Assembly: GCA_964016885.1 (NCBI GenBank)
Contig: OZ024751.1
Location: 12,896,001 to 12,960,000, forward strand
Length of the DNA: 64,000 nucleotides
Direction: 5' to 3'
From: Eledone cirrhosa
Lineage: Eukaryota
The position numbers and the translations under genes are program-made. The notes under the pieces were generated by a model. It saw nothing but the letters and a program-made list of their open reading frames with translations, ran no database searches and was not told where the DNA came from. Of the stretch, positions 16,449-30,739 are shown piece after piece; position 1 is the first letter of the stretch; every line of letters begins with the position of its first letter.

Positions 16449-16636
16449 TCGGTGAATTGGCAGCATCGGTAGAGGGTCGGACGCCATGCTTTCCAGCATA
16501 GTTACGTCCCTTTGCGGTCTGAGTTCAAATCCCGCCGAGGTTAACTTTGCCTTTCATCCTTAAGGGGTCGATAAAATAAAGTACCACTAATGTACTGGGT
16601 AATTGCTGGCCTTGTGCCAAAAGTAGAAACAATTAT
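16449..16636 (+). mobile_element. SINE family 1, near full length
   Basis: A and B boxes plus the gcctttcatcc...gtacc core and gtagaaacaatt end. Confidence 0.85.
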
Positions 16637-16747
16637 AATTATATATATAAACAGATTTCTTCTTTTTCTATCCTACGGGCTACATTCATGGACAAATATG
16701 TGTAATTAGGTAAACGACATATTTATGTGTGCGTGTGTTAGTCTGCA

Positions 16748-16779
<32 letters not shown>

Positions 16780-17247
16780 GAGAGAGAGAGTGGGAGAGAG
16801 AGCTAGTGAAATTAATTATTGTTTCATGAAGATTCATTCATATTTCAGAGCCCAAAATTGTCGACTTCCTTCCTCGTGGTAGACCCTGGAAACTGATTCA
16901 CTGATCTCTGCTCCCGATCAGATAAACCACACCAACTAGAGACTGCAAGAGTCTTATACGCGATGAGATTATTCATATTTCCTCTTTTGTTTTATGTTTT
17001 CTTTGTTTTGTTTCTCTTTGGTTTTCTTCATTCATTTATTATTTTAAGTATTATAAAAATATAATGATATTATTATTTGAATTAGCAGTTTTGTTTGGGC
17101 ATAAGGCATTTCGCGGTTTCACAAGATTATGGAAAGTACTGCATGGTCATAAGGCGTTCAACAGTGTTAAAAACTAACCCAACAAGGAAAATATATAATA
17201 CACACGTGTAATACATATTTTTATGAAAACAAGAAAACTTGCAAATC

Positions 17248-17281
<34 letters not shown>

Positions 17282-17556
17282 GTATATATATATGTATATA
17301 TATGTATATATATATGTATATATGTGTATATATGTATATATATGTATATATATATGTATATATGTGTATATATGTATATATATATATATGTATATATATG
17401 TATATATGTATGTATATATGTATATATATGTATGTATATATATGTATATATATATATGTATGTATATATATGTATATATATATGTGTATATGTGTATATA
17501 TGTGTATATGTGTATATATGTATATATATGTATATATGTATATATGTATATATATG

Positions 17557-17601
<45 letters not shown>

Positions 17602-17619
17602 GAATGTATATATAGGCGA

Positions 17620-18061
17620 TGAATTAGTTTTGCGAGGTTTTTTATATGAAATCGTGTGTCGAAACAGATATTGTTATATTTGGGGAGGGTCATATTTGCG
17701 TAATATTGCCAGAATTAATAACAGAACACACTCACTGTTTGGTTGATAGACAGACTGAACAAAAAAATGGCGTAGACATACAACACAACAGGAGGAACAA
17801 TGAATATAACACCACTGACGATGTTGCAGATGTGCAACGAAAGATTTATGTAAACTATATATATATGTGTTTGTCTATATTGTATCTGTATTATTTTTGA
17901 CCGCCGGTCAGTCAATGGCAACATTGAGGACCGAGTAAGTTAGATCGCAGATATATATATATAAAAGACAGCGAGAAGCGAAAACCAACCAAACAGTGAG
18001 TGTGTTCTGTTATTAATTCTGGCAATATTACGCAAATATGACCCTCCCCAAATATAACAAT
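17620..18061. mobile_element. Family C element with an inverted partial copy, enclosing an unrelated hammerhead-like insert
   Basis: About 17669-17744 is inverted at about 17984-18060; homolog at 26019-26170; CTGACGA-t-gttgca/tgcaac-GAAA at 17815-17842. Confidence 0.65.
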
Positions 18062-18142
18062 GTATATATATATATGAATATATATATATATATGAATATA
18101 TATATATATATGAATATATATATATATATGTATATGTATATA

Positions 18143-18182
<40 letters not shown>

Positions 18183-18199
18183 TGTATATATATATATGA

Positions 18200-18315
<116 letters not shown>

Positions 18316-18364
18316 GAATATATATATATATATGAATATATATATATATATGTATATATATATG

Positions 18365-18421
<57 letters not shown>

Positions 18422-18532
18422 GTATATATGTATATATATGTATATATGTATATATATGTATATATGTATATATATATATATGAAAAGGCTTGCTGAACAG
18501 AGAAGCTGAAACAGCTTGGCGCCGTGGTCAGG

Positions 18533-18631
<99 letters not shown>

Positions 18632-19309
18632 ATTATATATATATATAATTATATATATATATAATTATTAGACTCAAGACGATCATAAAAGACTATGTAT
18701 ATAGACAGACGTACGTACGTACATACAGACACACAGATATACATACATACTTACATACAAATATATATATACTGTATATATATTGAGTTTACATGTATTC
18801 TTCACATTTGCGTAACATCAAACTGTAAATTCTTTTGTAGAGGAAAATTTCTCAGCTCACAAAATGTGCCTAAGTTTAAACACGACATTAGTCAATGAAG
18901 ACTTCCTTGATAACAGCTAAGGCTTTAGAAGGACGAGTTGGTCACGACTGGAATGACCTTGATTTATTCAATCAGAGATACGCTAAATGATAAACCATAA
19001 TGACAACAACCACCCACTGCTATAGGCCATAACGTATGGCATTAACCTCTCTGCCAAACATCACGTCATGGTTCATAAATTTAACTGAATACTGAGAATT
19101 TTGTATTCATAAAACGCAACTTTGCAATTGCATGAAGCCAGAAACACATTAAAATACAATTGAGATATGTAAACTCCAAACAATCACTTCCCATAATTGT
19201 GAACCACACCTCTAACTGCCGGTTCATTATACTTTGTACTAACTTTAGTTATTGGTCGTTAACCGACGCGAAGGTTTAAGCACGACTTAAGAAATGTAGA
19301 TATTCATAA

Positions 19310-19515
19310 TAGATGGACGGATTTTACGGGCAAAACCAACCGAAATGACCCAGAGGTAGACCCCGAGAAAGATGGTTGGTTAACATCCATGAGCTTGGCT
19401 AGTCACGCTTGGGGGGTCTAGCGGGATCGGTTGGAGACAGGGCCTTCTGGAAGGAGTGTTTGAGGACTCTTCCCCCACGACCATCTCAGGAATGAGTTGG
19501 CGAAGGAGAAGGTTA
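19310..19515 (+). mobile_element. Degenerate 3' end of an RTE-clade (Rex3/Expander-like) LINE ORF
   Basis: Conceptual translation *PRGRPRERWLVNIHELG*SRLG...DRAFWKECLRTLPPRP matches the RTE C-terminal pattern RPRGRPR.RW...LPPRP; in-frame stops present. Confidence 0.75.
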
Positions 19516-20069
19516 CTTTCTTCTCAAGTTTTTCGTCTTATCAATCACGTGTTTCCGTTTATGTTCTCTCTCTTTCACTCACTGCCTCCGTCTCTCTCGC
19601 TCTCCCCATCTCTCACTATAATACGCTGGACACACCACGGTCCCGGAGGATGATCAGGTAGATGCGTTGGAAGAGAGTTTCCAGCGTTAGGGTTAGGGTG
19701 CCGATGGTGGTAATTAGGGAAGTGGTCCTAGGGCCAATGACACGACAAGTCACCACTGCTATATGATTTCACTGTTTTTTAGACGTTATTATTTCACAGC
19801 TTCCGTCGACGACGACGACGAGTGCTCCAGTTGAGTTAAACAACAGAACTCCTTGCTCGTGAAATAAACCTGTAAGTGGCTGAGGACTTCTACAGACGCA
19901 TTCCCCGACTCTTGCTTATACAATCACACGCAACTATTCCGAGTATCGTGTACTCTGTTGAGTGATTGTCTTACAGGTTTAATCCTGATATATATATGTA
20001 TATATATATATCTAACCCATGCTAGCATGGAAGAACGGACGTAAAACGGTGATGATGATGATGATGATG

Positions 20070-20152
<83 letters not shown>

Positions 20153-20181
20153 ATATATATATATTATATATATATATATAT

Positions 20182-20214
<33 letters not shown>

Positions 20215-21261
20215 ATATATATATATTATATATATATATATATTATATATATAATATATATATATATATTATATATATAATATATATATATATATTATAT
20301 ATATAATATATATATATTATATATATATATATATTATATATATATAATATATATATATATAATATATATATATTATATATATATTATATATATAATATAT
20401 ATATATATATTATATATATAATATATATATATATATATTATATATATAATATATATATATATTATATATATAATATATATATATATATTATATATATAAT
20501 ATATATATATATATTATATATATAATATATATATATATATTATATATATAATATATATATATATATTATATATATAATATATATATATATATATTATATA
20601 TATAATATATATATATATATTATATATATAATATATATATATATATATTATATATATAATATATATATATATATTATATATATAATATATATATATATAT
20701 TATATATATAATATATATATATATATATTATATATATAATATATATATATATATTATATATATAATATATATATATATATTATATATATAATATATATAT
20801 ATATATATTATATATATAATATATATATATATATTATATATATAATATATATATATATATTATATATATAATATATATATATATATATTATATATATAAT
20901 ATATATATATATATTATATATATAATATATATATATATATTATATATATTATATATATTATATATATAATATATATTATATATATTATATATATAATATA
21001 TATTATATATATTATATATTATATATATATTATATATATATAATATATTATATATATAATATATATATATAATATATTATATATATAATATATATATATA
21101 ATATATTATATATATAATATATATATAATATATTATATATATAATATATATATATATATATTATATATATAATATATATTATATATATAATATATATATA
21201 TATATATTATATATATATATATTATATATATAATATATATTATATATATAATATATATATA

Positions 21262-21299
<38 letters not shown>

Positions 21300-21325
21300 T
21301 ATATATATAATATATATATATATAT

Positions 21326-21340
<15 letters not shown>
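20070..21340. repeat. About 1.27-kb pure A/T (TA)n-derived array
   Basis: Essentially no G or C; periodic tt/aa interruptions. Confidence 0.95.
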
Positions 21341-21371
<31 letters not shown>

Positions 21372-21377
<6 letters not shown>

Positions 21378-21548
21378 GGTAAACAGAAATAACAACACAA
21401 TCGTATAATATATGGAAAGAATACATTAGATAACGCTTGGAATAGCAGGAAGTGGATGTTAACGTACGTTTCGGACGCTAGACCTTCATCAGAAGAAAGA
21501 ATAAGAAATTAGGAAGATTGAAGGGACCGGCAGGGTGGAATGGGAATG
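21372..21548 (-). mobile_element. Hammerhead element, family B
   Basis: Minus strand: tctt-CTGATGA-aggtctagcgtcc-GAAACGT; upstream and tail sequences match 56880-57230. Confidence 0.7.
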
Positions 21549-21658
21549 TATATATATCACATGTGTGTATAAATATATATATATACTCAAATCTATAATA
21601 TATATATATATATATCTGTATATGCATATTTGCATATTATTCAATGTCGAAGCCCACC

Positions 21659-21722
<64 letters not shown>

Positions 21723-21917
21723 GGTGGGCTTCAACAACTTCCATCTACCAAATTCTACTCACAAGGAAGAAGAAACTTGCCTAAGATGCCGCTCAGTGGG
21801 CCTAAACCCAGAAGTGCCACGTAGTTGTGAAGCGCGAAGACCTTCCCCATACTGACATGCCTGTGGTTATATATATCTGTCTATATGTGTGTACATATGA
21901 ATGTGTGCATGTGTCTG

Positions 21918-21983
<66 letters not shown>

Positions 21984-22084
21984 TATGTGTATAATATATA
22001 TGTATGTATGTGTGTATATATATATAAGTAAATATATATAAATATATATATATATGTACATTCATATATATATATATACACATA

Positions 22085-22252
22085 TAGGAGAAAGTATGAC
22101 CCCGACGTTTAGACGGCTATTTCTGGACTCAAGAACGGCTTGAGCTCTGCCGTCGGGGTCATACTTTCTCCTATTATCCACTCTACTACCCTAAGTATTG
22201 AGTACTCTGGTGCGTTATGGTCCATCTGGTTCCTTACCACAATTCCTCCGTT
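22085..22252 (+). mobile_element. Fold-back element, family D
   Basis: Arms taggagaaagtatgaccccgacg / cgtcggggtcatactttctccta plus the family tail. Confidence 0.75.
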
Positions 22253-22280
22253 ATATACACACACACATATATATATATAT

Positions 22281-22323
<43 letters not shown>

Positions 22324-22559
22324 TATATATATATATATAGATACATACATACGTACACATATAATACATATTGACGTAAAAGTTTGGTGTACTTTCACTA
22401 TTACACCAACGAACGCTGGGAACTGCATCGAACACACGTACACAGTGATACAACTTAGACTAGCAGGGCACACACACATTTGCACACACACACTTGCATA
22501 CACATACATACATAAACACATATATCGATACATACAATGCATACATACACATATATACG

Positions 22560-23430
22560 TACATACACACATGCATAGATACATATACATACGTATATAA
22601 ATACATATATAGATACATACATACGTACATATATACATAGATACACATATACATGCGTATATAAATATATAATAGATACATACGTACATATACATAGATA
22701 CATATAAACATGCGTATATAAATATATAATAGATACATACGTACATATATATATAGATACATATATACATGCGTATATAAATATATATATAGATACATAC
22801 GTACATATATATACATAGATACATATATACATGCGTATATAAATATATAATAGATACATACGTACATATATATATAGATACATATATACATGCGTATATA
22901 AATACATATATAGATACATACGTACATATATACATGCGTATATAAATGCATATACAGATACATACGTACATATATATACATAGATACATATATACATGCG
23001 TATATAAATACATATATAGATACATACGTACATATATACATAGATACATATATACATGCGTATATAAATACATATATAGATACATACGTACATATATACA
23101 TAGATACATATATACATGCGTATATAAATACATATATAGATACATACATACGTGCGTATATAAATACATATATAGATACATACATACGTACATATACATA
23201 GATGCATATATACATGCGTATATAAATACATATATAGATACATACATACGTACATATACATAGATACATGCGTATATAAATACATATATAGATACATACA
23301 TACATATATACATAGATACATATATACATGCGTATATAAATACATATATAGATACATGCATACGTACATATACATATATACATATATAAATACATAGATA
23401 CATATATACATGCGTATATAAATACTCATA
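22560..23430. repeat. AT-rich minisatellite (tagatacatatatacatgcgtatataaatacata-type units, about 60-bp period in its core)
   Basis: Lines 22981, 23041 and 23101 are nearly identical. Confidence 0.85.
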
Positions 23431-24317
23431 TACATGCATTCATACATATATACATTCGTACGTACGGAGTAAGTAGGTACATACATTCATATGTACACAC
23501 ATACATACATACATACATACATACATACATACATACATACATACATACATACATACATACATACACACACATGTACAGATTCAGATGAGTGTATACCCCA
23601 CCACGATCATACACACACACACACACACACACACACGCGTGTATGGTTACATATACACTTATATATATATGGACACATACACATACACATATACATAAAC
23701 ATATACATACATGCGCATAAATGGATACACACGTATACTCAGATACATATAGACATACACACGTACACATTGTTAAAGGCATATACACAACAACATGCAT
23801 GGATGGATATACACACAGATATATGTATATCTATATATCTATCTATCTATACACACACACATACATACATGGTTACACACATACACGCATACGCACACAC
23901 ACACATACACATACACATACATTCATATATATATATACGCACACCTGTTTACACACATTTATGAAACAACAATAACAATAGCAATATCAAATACATGAAA
24001 CCACACGTGTTGGGGTCTATATGTCCACACCAGTGTATTACTGGTACGATCAACCCGAAAATGTTAAAGCAATCTATATTTGACCACGTTATAATTTTAA
24101 GGCAGAAAGACAAACACCGCAAGACGTGTTGTCCTACGCTCTACCAATTTACCACTATTTGTATTAAAACTGGTCCAACGAAGGATCCTCTATGAGGCTG
24201 CTCTAAAAGCTAGAAATACCAACCATGGCATCCTCAAATGGTACCCTAACGTCTTTACAACAATAAAGACGCGCTGAAGAATGTGGTGTTGGGTTCTCTA
24301 CACGAGATGGCCACGGA

Positions 24318-24360
<43 letters not shown>

Positions 24361-24910
24361 ATGGTGTGATGGTCACGGCTAGAAAGTTGTTGGCCACAAA
24401 CCTAATTGACCTGGGACTCGGCTATGACGTAACCATTGAAAATAAGAACCCCGACAACACGTTGCTGACCACCAATGACCCCGAAGGTTTAAAGAGCCAA
24501 ATGCTGACCACCGGTCACTCGGAGGATTTAAACTCAGAGTGAGGGGCCAAAAGCTAAGACGTATGGCTATGTGGTTAAGGAGTTCTGTTTAAAACCACGG
24601 TGTTTCGGGTCTAGTCCCACCGAGGGGCGGCATTTCGGCAAGAGTTTTCTACTATAGCCTCGAGTTGAACAATGCGTGTGGAATTTGCTTGGCGGAAACT
24701 GCAGAAACCCGTCTCACGCGCACACACACACACACACACACACACATGTACACTCACACGCACACACGCACACACATGTACACTCACACGCACACACGCA
24801 CACACATGTACACTCACACACACACACATGTACACACACACACACACACACACACATGTACACTCACACACTCACACACACATCTACACTCACACACGCA
24901 CACACATGTA

Positions 24911-24942
<32 letters not shown>

Positions 24943-25101
24943 TGTACACTCACACACATACACTTATGTATGTATCGGTGCAGGCATGGGTGAGAAATTA
25001 CAAAGTTTGCCTTGTAAGTACTTGGTTATTATATATATATATATGTATATACACATATATGTACATATATATGTATATATATATGTATATATATATATAT
25101 A

Positions 25102-25146
<45 letters not shown>

Positions 25147-25217
25147 TTATTTATATGTATATACACATATATGTACATATATATATGTACATATATATAT
25201 ATGTACACATATATATA

Positions 25218-25260
<43 letters not shown>

Positions 25261-25378
25261 ATATATGTACATATATGTATCTCTCTCTCTATATATATAT
25301 ATATGTATGTATATATACATATACATATATATCCCCCCACCCCACACATACACACACACACACAGATATATATATATT

Positions 25379-25409
<31 letters not shown>

Positions 25410-25433
25410 AGAAGAAATTAAAAGAGTTCCATA

Positions 25434-25503
25434 TATTTTATTATGCGCATTTCGAATACAAAATCATCCTGGAACAAAAATTGTGTTCTCATCAGATAAA
25501 ATA
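25434..25503 (-). ncRNA. Intact minimal type-I hammerhead motif, family F
   Basis: Minus strand: tattttat-CTGATGA-gaacacaa...ttgtattc-GAA-atgcgcat-A-ataaaata; 8-bp stem I and palindromic stem III. Confidence 0.8.
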
Positions 25504-25554
25504 AGGTAAAATGATATGAGGCATAATAGCACTTGTTTACAGGAAAGTGCTAAG

Positions 25555-25623
<69 letters not shown>

Positions 25624-25893
25624 ATATGTCTATATATATGTCTATATGTCTATATATATGTCTATATGTCTATATATATATATCTATATATATATAGACA
25701 CATACACACACATACATACATATATATGTCTATGTATATATATATATATATGTCTATATGTATATATATATATATATGTCTATATATATATATATATGTC
25801 TCTATATATATATATATATATGTCTATATATATATATATATGTCTATATATATATATGTCTATATATATATGTCTATATATATATATATATGC

Positions 25894-25924
<31 letters not shown>

Positions 25925-25984
25925 CTCTTTTATTCTTTTACCTGTTTCAGCCATCCAGCTGAGGCCATGCTGGGGCACCGCCCT

Positions 25985-26022
<38 letters not shown>

Positions 26023-26211
26023 TTTGTTTTGCGAGGTTTTTGATATGAAATCGTGTGTCGAAACAAATATTATTATACTTGGGGAGGATCATATTGTTGT
26101 AATAATATTGCCAGAATTAATAACAGAACACACTCACTGTTTGGTTGGTTTTCGCTTCTGTGTCTTTTATATCAGTTAATACGTATCTCTTTATATATAT
26201 ATATATATATA

Positions 26212-26493
26212 TATTAATAAGAGGAATTCCAACTTTGTCTGATTTACTCGTTTTATTTACAATCCTTTAAAACATATATAATATGGTATTATAATGAACT
26301 AGTATGATAGAATATTAAATTCTAAGTGTTAATTGAACAAGTACTTTCATGCTTTCGCAATCTTCAGGTTCATGATATGTGGTGACAGTCGAGTTTGCAA
26401 TTTTCAACTGTCTATATATATTTTAAATATATATTTTAAAGGATTGTAAATAAAACGAGTAAATCAGACAAAGTTGGAATTCCTCTTATTAAT
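26212..26493 (-). mobile_element. Hammerhead element flanked by about 60-bp inverted repeats
   Basis: Minus strand 26372-26334: tgaac-CTGAAGA-t-tgc-gaaa-gca-t-GAA-agtact-T-gttca. Arms taataagaggaattccaactttgtctg... / ...cagacaaagttggaattcctcttatta. Confidence 0.8.
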
Positions 26494-26781
26494 ATAATCT
26501 TCTATACACAATCATATACACCCTATCTATATCTATATATATATATATATGTGTATCTTTATATATGCATAGATAGTAACCATTTGTTACGTGGAGTGAC
26601 AGACTTATCACTGTCACACACACAAATATACTTTTACTTCACCTTCTCGCTAACTGGTTGAGGCCATGCTGGGTCACTGGCCTTCTTACGGAGGTCGATA
26701 AAATAAAGCACCAGTAATGCACTGGGTTATTGCTGGCTTTGTGCCAAAACTAGAAACAAAATATATATATATATATTTATA

Positions 26782-26821
<40 letters not shown>

Positions 26822-26889
26822 CACGTACACACGTATACATACAGACATACATATATATTCATTTATATACTGTATATATATATATAAAT

Positions 26890-27122
26890 GGAGTATTTCC
26901 GTAGGAAAGGTAAAGGAAAAGAGAGTGCTCTATGTAGGCTACAGAGCTTTTTAGTTATGTAATAAACAACATAAGATAATTAATTCATTTACCACTGGTT
27001 TCTTGAAGACAGATATTTATATCTGTCTGTCTTCAGTCGCCAGAAGACAGATATAAATAGCTGTCTTCAAGAAACCACTGGTAAATGAATTAATTATCTT
27101 ATGTTGTTTATTACATAACTAA
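26890..27122 (-). mobile_element. Hammerhead element, family G, with fold-back
   Basis: Minus strand: CTGAAGA-cagacagatat/atatctgtct..-GAAACC-agt-GGTA. Inverted arms about 26951-27025 / 27043-27122; tail gagcactctcttttcctttacc. Confidence 0.75.
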
Positions 27123-27665
27123 ATATATATATTGAGGGAGATGGAAAGCACCGGGTTTTATTGCTAGCTAACCCCATACATCACACACTAACTCCTCAGG
27201 ACATGTAATGAACGCCACTACACACCGCCTTTTACCTCATATTGTCTTCAAACGAACGTGTCGCCCATCGATGGATACATTCAATCGCAGTTCATCAACC
27301 TGAAAATATTTACTTATATGATGCCCGTGATTTTGTTGTTGTTTAACCCATGGTCACTACACGTCTTATAGACCACTTGATCAAAGACATACTAACCATG
27401 ACCATTCCGTTGATTTAGGTAGGTTGTATAGCAATCTATGTTTAATACGTTCTCTCTTTAAGTGTAGGTAAAGTGATATTAGAGAAAATTTTCGCAGCTG
27501 TTTCTAGCATGTCGAATGACCACCTAGAGGCTCGTTACACGTGTATTTAATATAATATCTATATTTTACTATGTGTATATGTGACGTGTGTGTGCTAATG
27601 TGTGTGTGTTTTCGTGTATATATTTGTAAGTTTATAGAAAACATATATAGGACTATATATACACG

Positions 27666-27708
<43 letters not shown>

Positions 27709-27709
27709 A

Positions 27710-27796
<87 letters not shown>

Positions 27797-28486
27797 GAAC
27801 TGGCTTCTATACAGTTGTAAACTTTATGAGGTACGAACAATCATACACAAAATATATATGTACATACATGCATTCAAACACACACACGTGTTTGTGTGTG
27901 TATTTGTATATATACGGCAGGCTTCCGCGTAGTTCCCGTTTACAAGGTATTTGTTCATCCGAGTCTACTTTAGAAGACAACTTGTCCAAAATGGTTCACA
28001 GTGAGATCGAACACGGAGCCAGATGACTGCGAAACGAACCCTTTAACGACACAACGTATGTCTGTACACATATACATATACACACACACACTCTCTCTCA
28101 CATGCACACACACATCACGTATACATACATTCACACACATACACACACATTGACATTCTCACACGTACACACATCTTTATATACATATATATAACAATCT
28201 GTTTATATGTGTACATATGTATTTGTAAGTATATTTGTATATGTTTATATATGCGTAATCATATGTGTATCTGTGGATGGCTGTGTATGTAATATATATG
28301 CATGTGAGTGTATGTATATATGTGTGAGTGCCTGTGTATGTATATATATGTATGTGTGTGTACATGTATTTGTTAGTATATCTGTGTATATGTTTATGCG
28401 TGTACTGTACATATGTGCATCTGTAGGTGGCTGTGTATGTGAGTGTATATATATATATATATGTGTATGCCTTTGCGTTTTAAAAC

Positions 28487-28536
<50 letters not shown>

Positions 28537-29889
28537 ATGACTATCAGTAATTGTATATCTGTCTATGCATGTATGTGGGTGCGTGTCTGTATTTCTGTGT
28601 TTGTGTCTGTCGTCTGTGTGTATGTTTGTGTTTATACGTGACTGTGTTCGTGTAAACGTGTGTATGTGTATATATATATATATGCATAAGCCCGTGTGTG
28701 TGTGCATGTGTATATATATATGCATAAGCCCGTGTGCGTGTTTATATGCATAAGCCCGTGTGTGTGTGTGTGTGTATGTATATATATATATACGTGTATA
28801 TACATACGTGTGTATGTACAGCTGTGTGTATGTGTATATATGCATAAGCCCGTGTGTGTGTATATATATATATATATATAATATATACATACATGTGTGT
28901 GTACAGCTGTGTATATTTGTGTATGTGTGTTCGTCTGCGTCTGTATTTATAAGCATGTTTCAGTGAGTGTTTGTGTGTATGTGTGTTGTGTTGTGTTGTG
29001 TATGTATGTGAGTATGTATGCGTGTTGTGTACGTAAGAGTTTGTGTATGTATGAGTGATTTGTTGTGATGTTGTATATGGGTTTATGTGCAATGTTTGTG
29101 TTGTGTAAATTTGTGTGTGTGTGTGTGTGTATACGCGTTCCGATGTGCGTATATGTGTGAACGTATATCTGTATATGCGTTTATATATGGGAGTGTGTAT
29201 GTGTGAACGTGAATATGTAATGTATATGCGTTTATATATATGTGTGTGTATATGTGTGAACGTGAATCTTTATATGCGTTTATATATATGTGAGTGTGTG
29301 TATATGTGTGAACGTGAATCTTTATATGCGTTTATATATATATGTGTGTGTGTGTGTATATGTGTGATCGTAAACATGTATACGTGTGTATATATGTGAG
29401 AACGTGAATTTGTATACGTATATACACATGTGTGTGTATATGTGCATAAGTCTGTATATGTGCGTGTATATATATGGACATCGATCTATATATGCGTGTA
29501 TATATGAATGAATGAAAATCTGTATAAGCGAATATATGTGAGTGTGTATGTGTGCAGACGTAAATCTCTATGTGTGTATATATGTGCGTGTGTATATGTG
29601 CATGTGTATAGGTGTGTATATGTGTGAACGTAAATCTGTATACGAGTATATATATGTGAGTGTGTATATATATATGTATACGCGCGTGTGTATATGTGTG
29701 AACGTAAATGTCTATATACTTTTTTATATGTGAGTGTGTATGTATGAACATGAATCTATATAAGCGTATATATATATGTGTGAATAAGTATCTGTATAAT
29801 GTGTATATATGTGAGTGTGTACGTGTGAATATCAATCTAGATATGCATGTATATATGTGAATATGTATTTGTGTATGTGTATATATGTG

Positions 29890-30420
29890 CATATGTACGT
29901 GTGTATATGTACGTATGTATATGTACGTATGTATATGTACGTGTGTATATGTACGTGTGCATATGTACGTGTGCATATGTACGTGTGTATATGTACGTGT
30001 GTATATGTACGTGTGTATATGTACGTGTGTATATGTACGTGTGTATATGTACGTGTGTATATGTACGTGTGTATATGTACGTGTGCATATGTACGTGTGT
30101 ATATGTACGTGTGCATATGTACGTGTGCATATGTACGTGTGCATATGTACGTGTGTATATGTGCGTGTGTATATGTGCGTGTGTATAAGTACTTGTGCAT
30201 ATGTACGTGTGTATATATGCGTGTGTATATGCCAATGTGTATATGTGCGTGTGTATATGTACGTGTGTATATGTACGTGTGCATATGTACGTGTGCATAT
30301 GTACGTGTGCATATGTACGTGTGTATATGTGCGTGTGTATATGTGCGTGTGTATAAGTACTTGTGCATATGTACGTGTGTATATATGCGTGTGTATATGC
30401 CAATGTGTATATGTGCGTGT
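29890..30420. repeat. 16-bp minisatellite atatgtacgtgtgY
   Basis: Tandem gtatatgtacgtgt / gcatatgtacgtgt units. Confidence 0.85.
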
Positions 30421-30739
30421 GTATTTGTGTGCATATAAGTGAGTGTGCACGTGTATGTGTGTATGTGTGTGTGTGGTACAATAGTTATTCCAGTAGGTTG
30501 TGTCAGTCAGGGCAGGAGCCATGACACGCCCTACGGACCTTCATCTCGAGGTTGTAAAGAGGCGTACTTAGAGCTGACACCATCCCCCTTCTCTCACTCA
30601 CTCTCTGTCTCTCTCTTCCTCACTCTCTCCTCCTCACCTCTGTCCTCCCTCCTTCTCATCCTCTGTATCAATTTTCTATTGTATTATACGGTGGTTAGCT
30701 TACCGACTGTTCTGGCTGACTGGGTGGTTAGGTGACTAG

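Noticed and set aside
19686-19700. Telomeric TTAGGG repeats
   Set aside because: Only two units.
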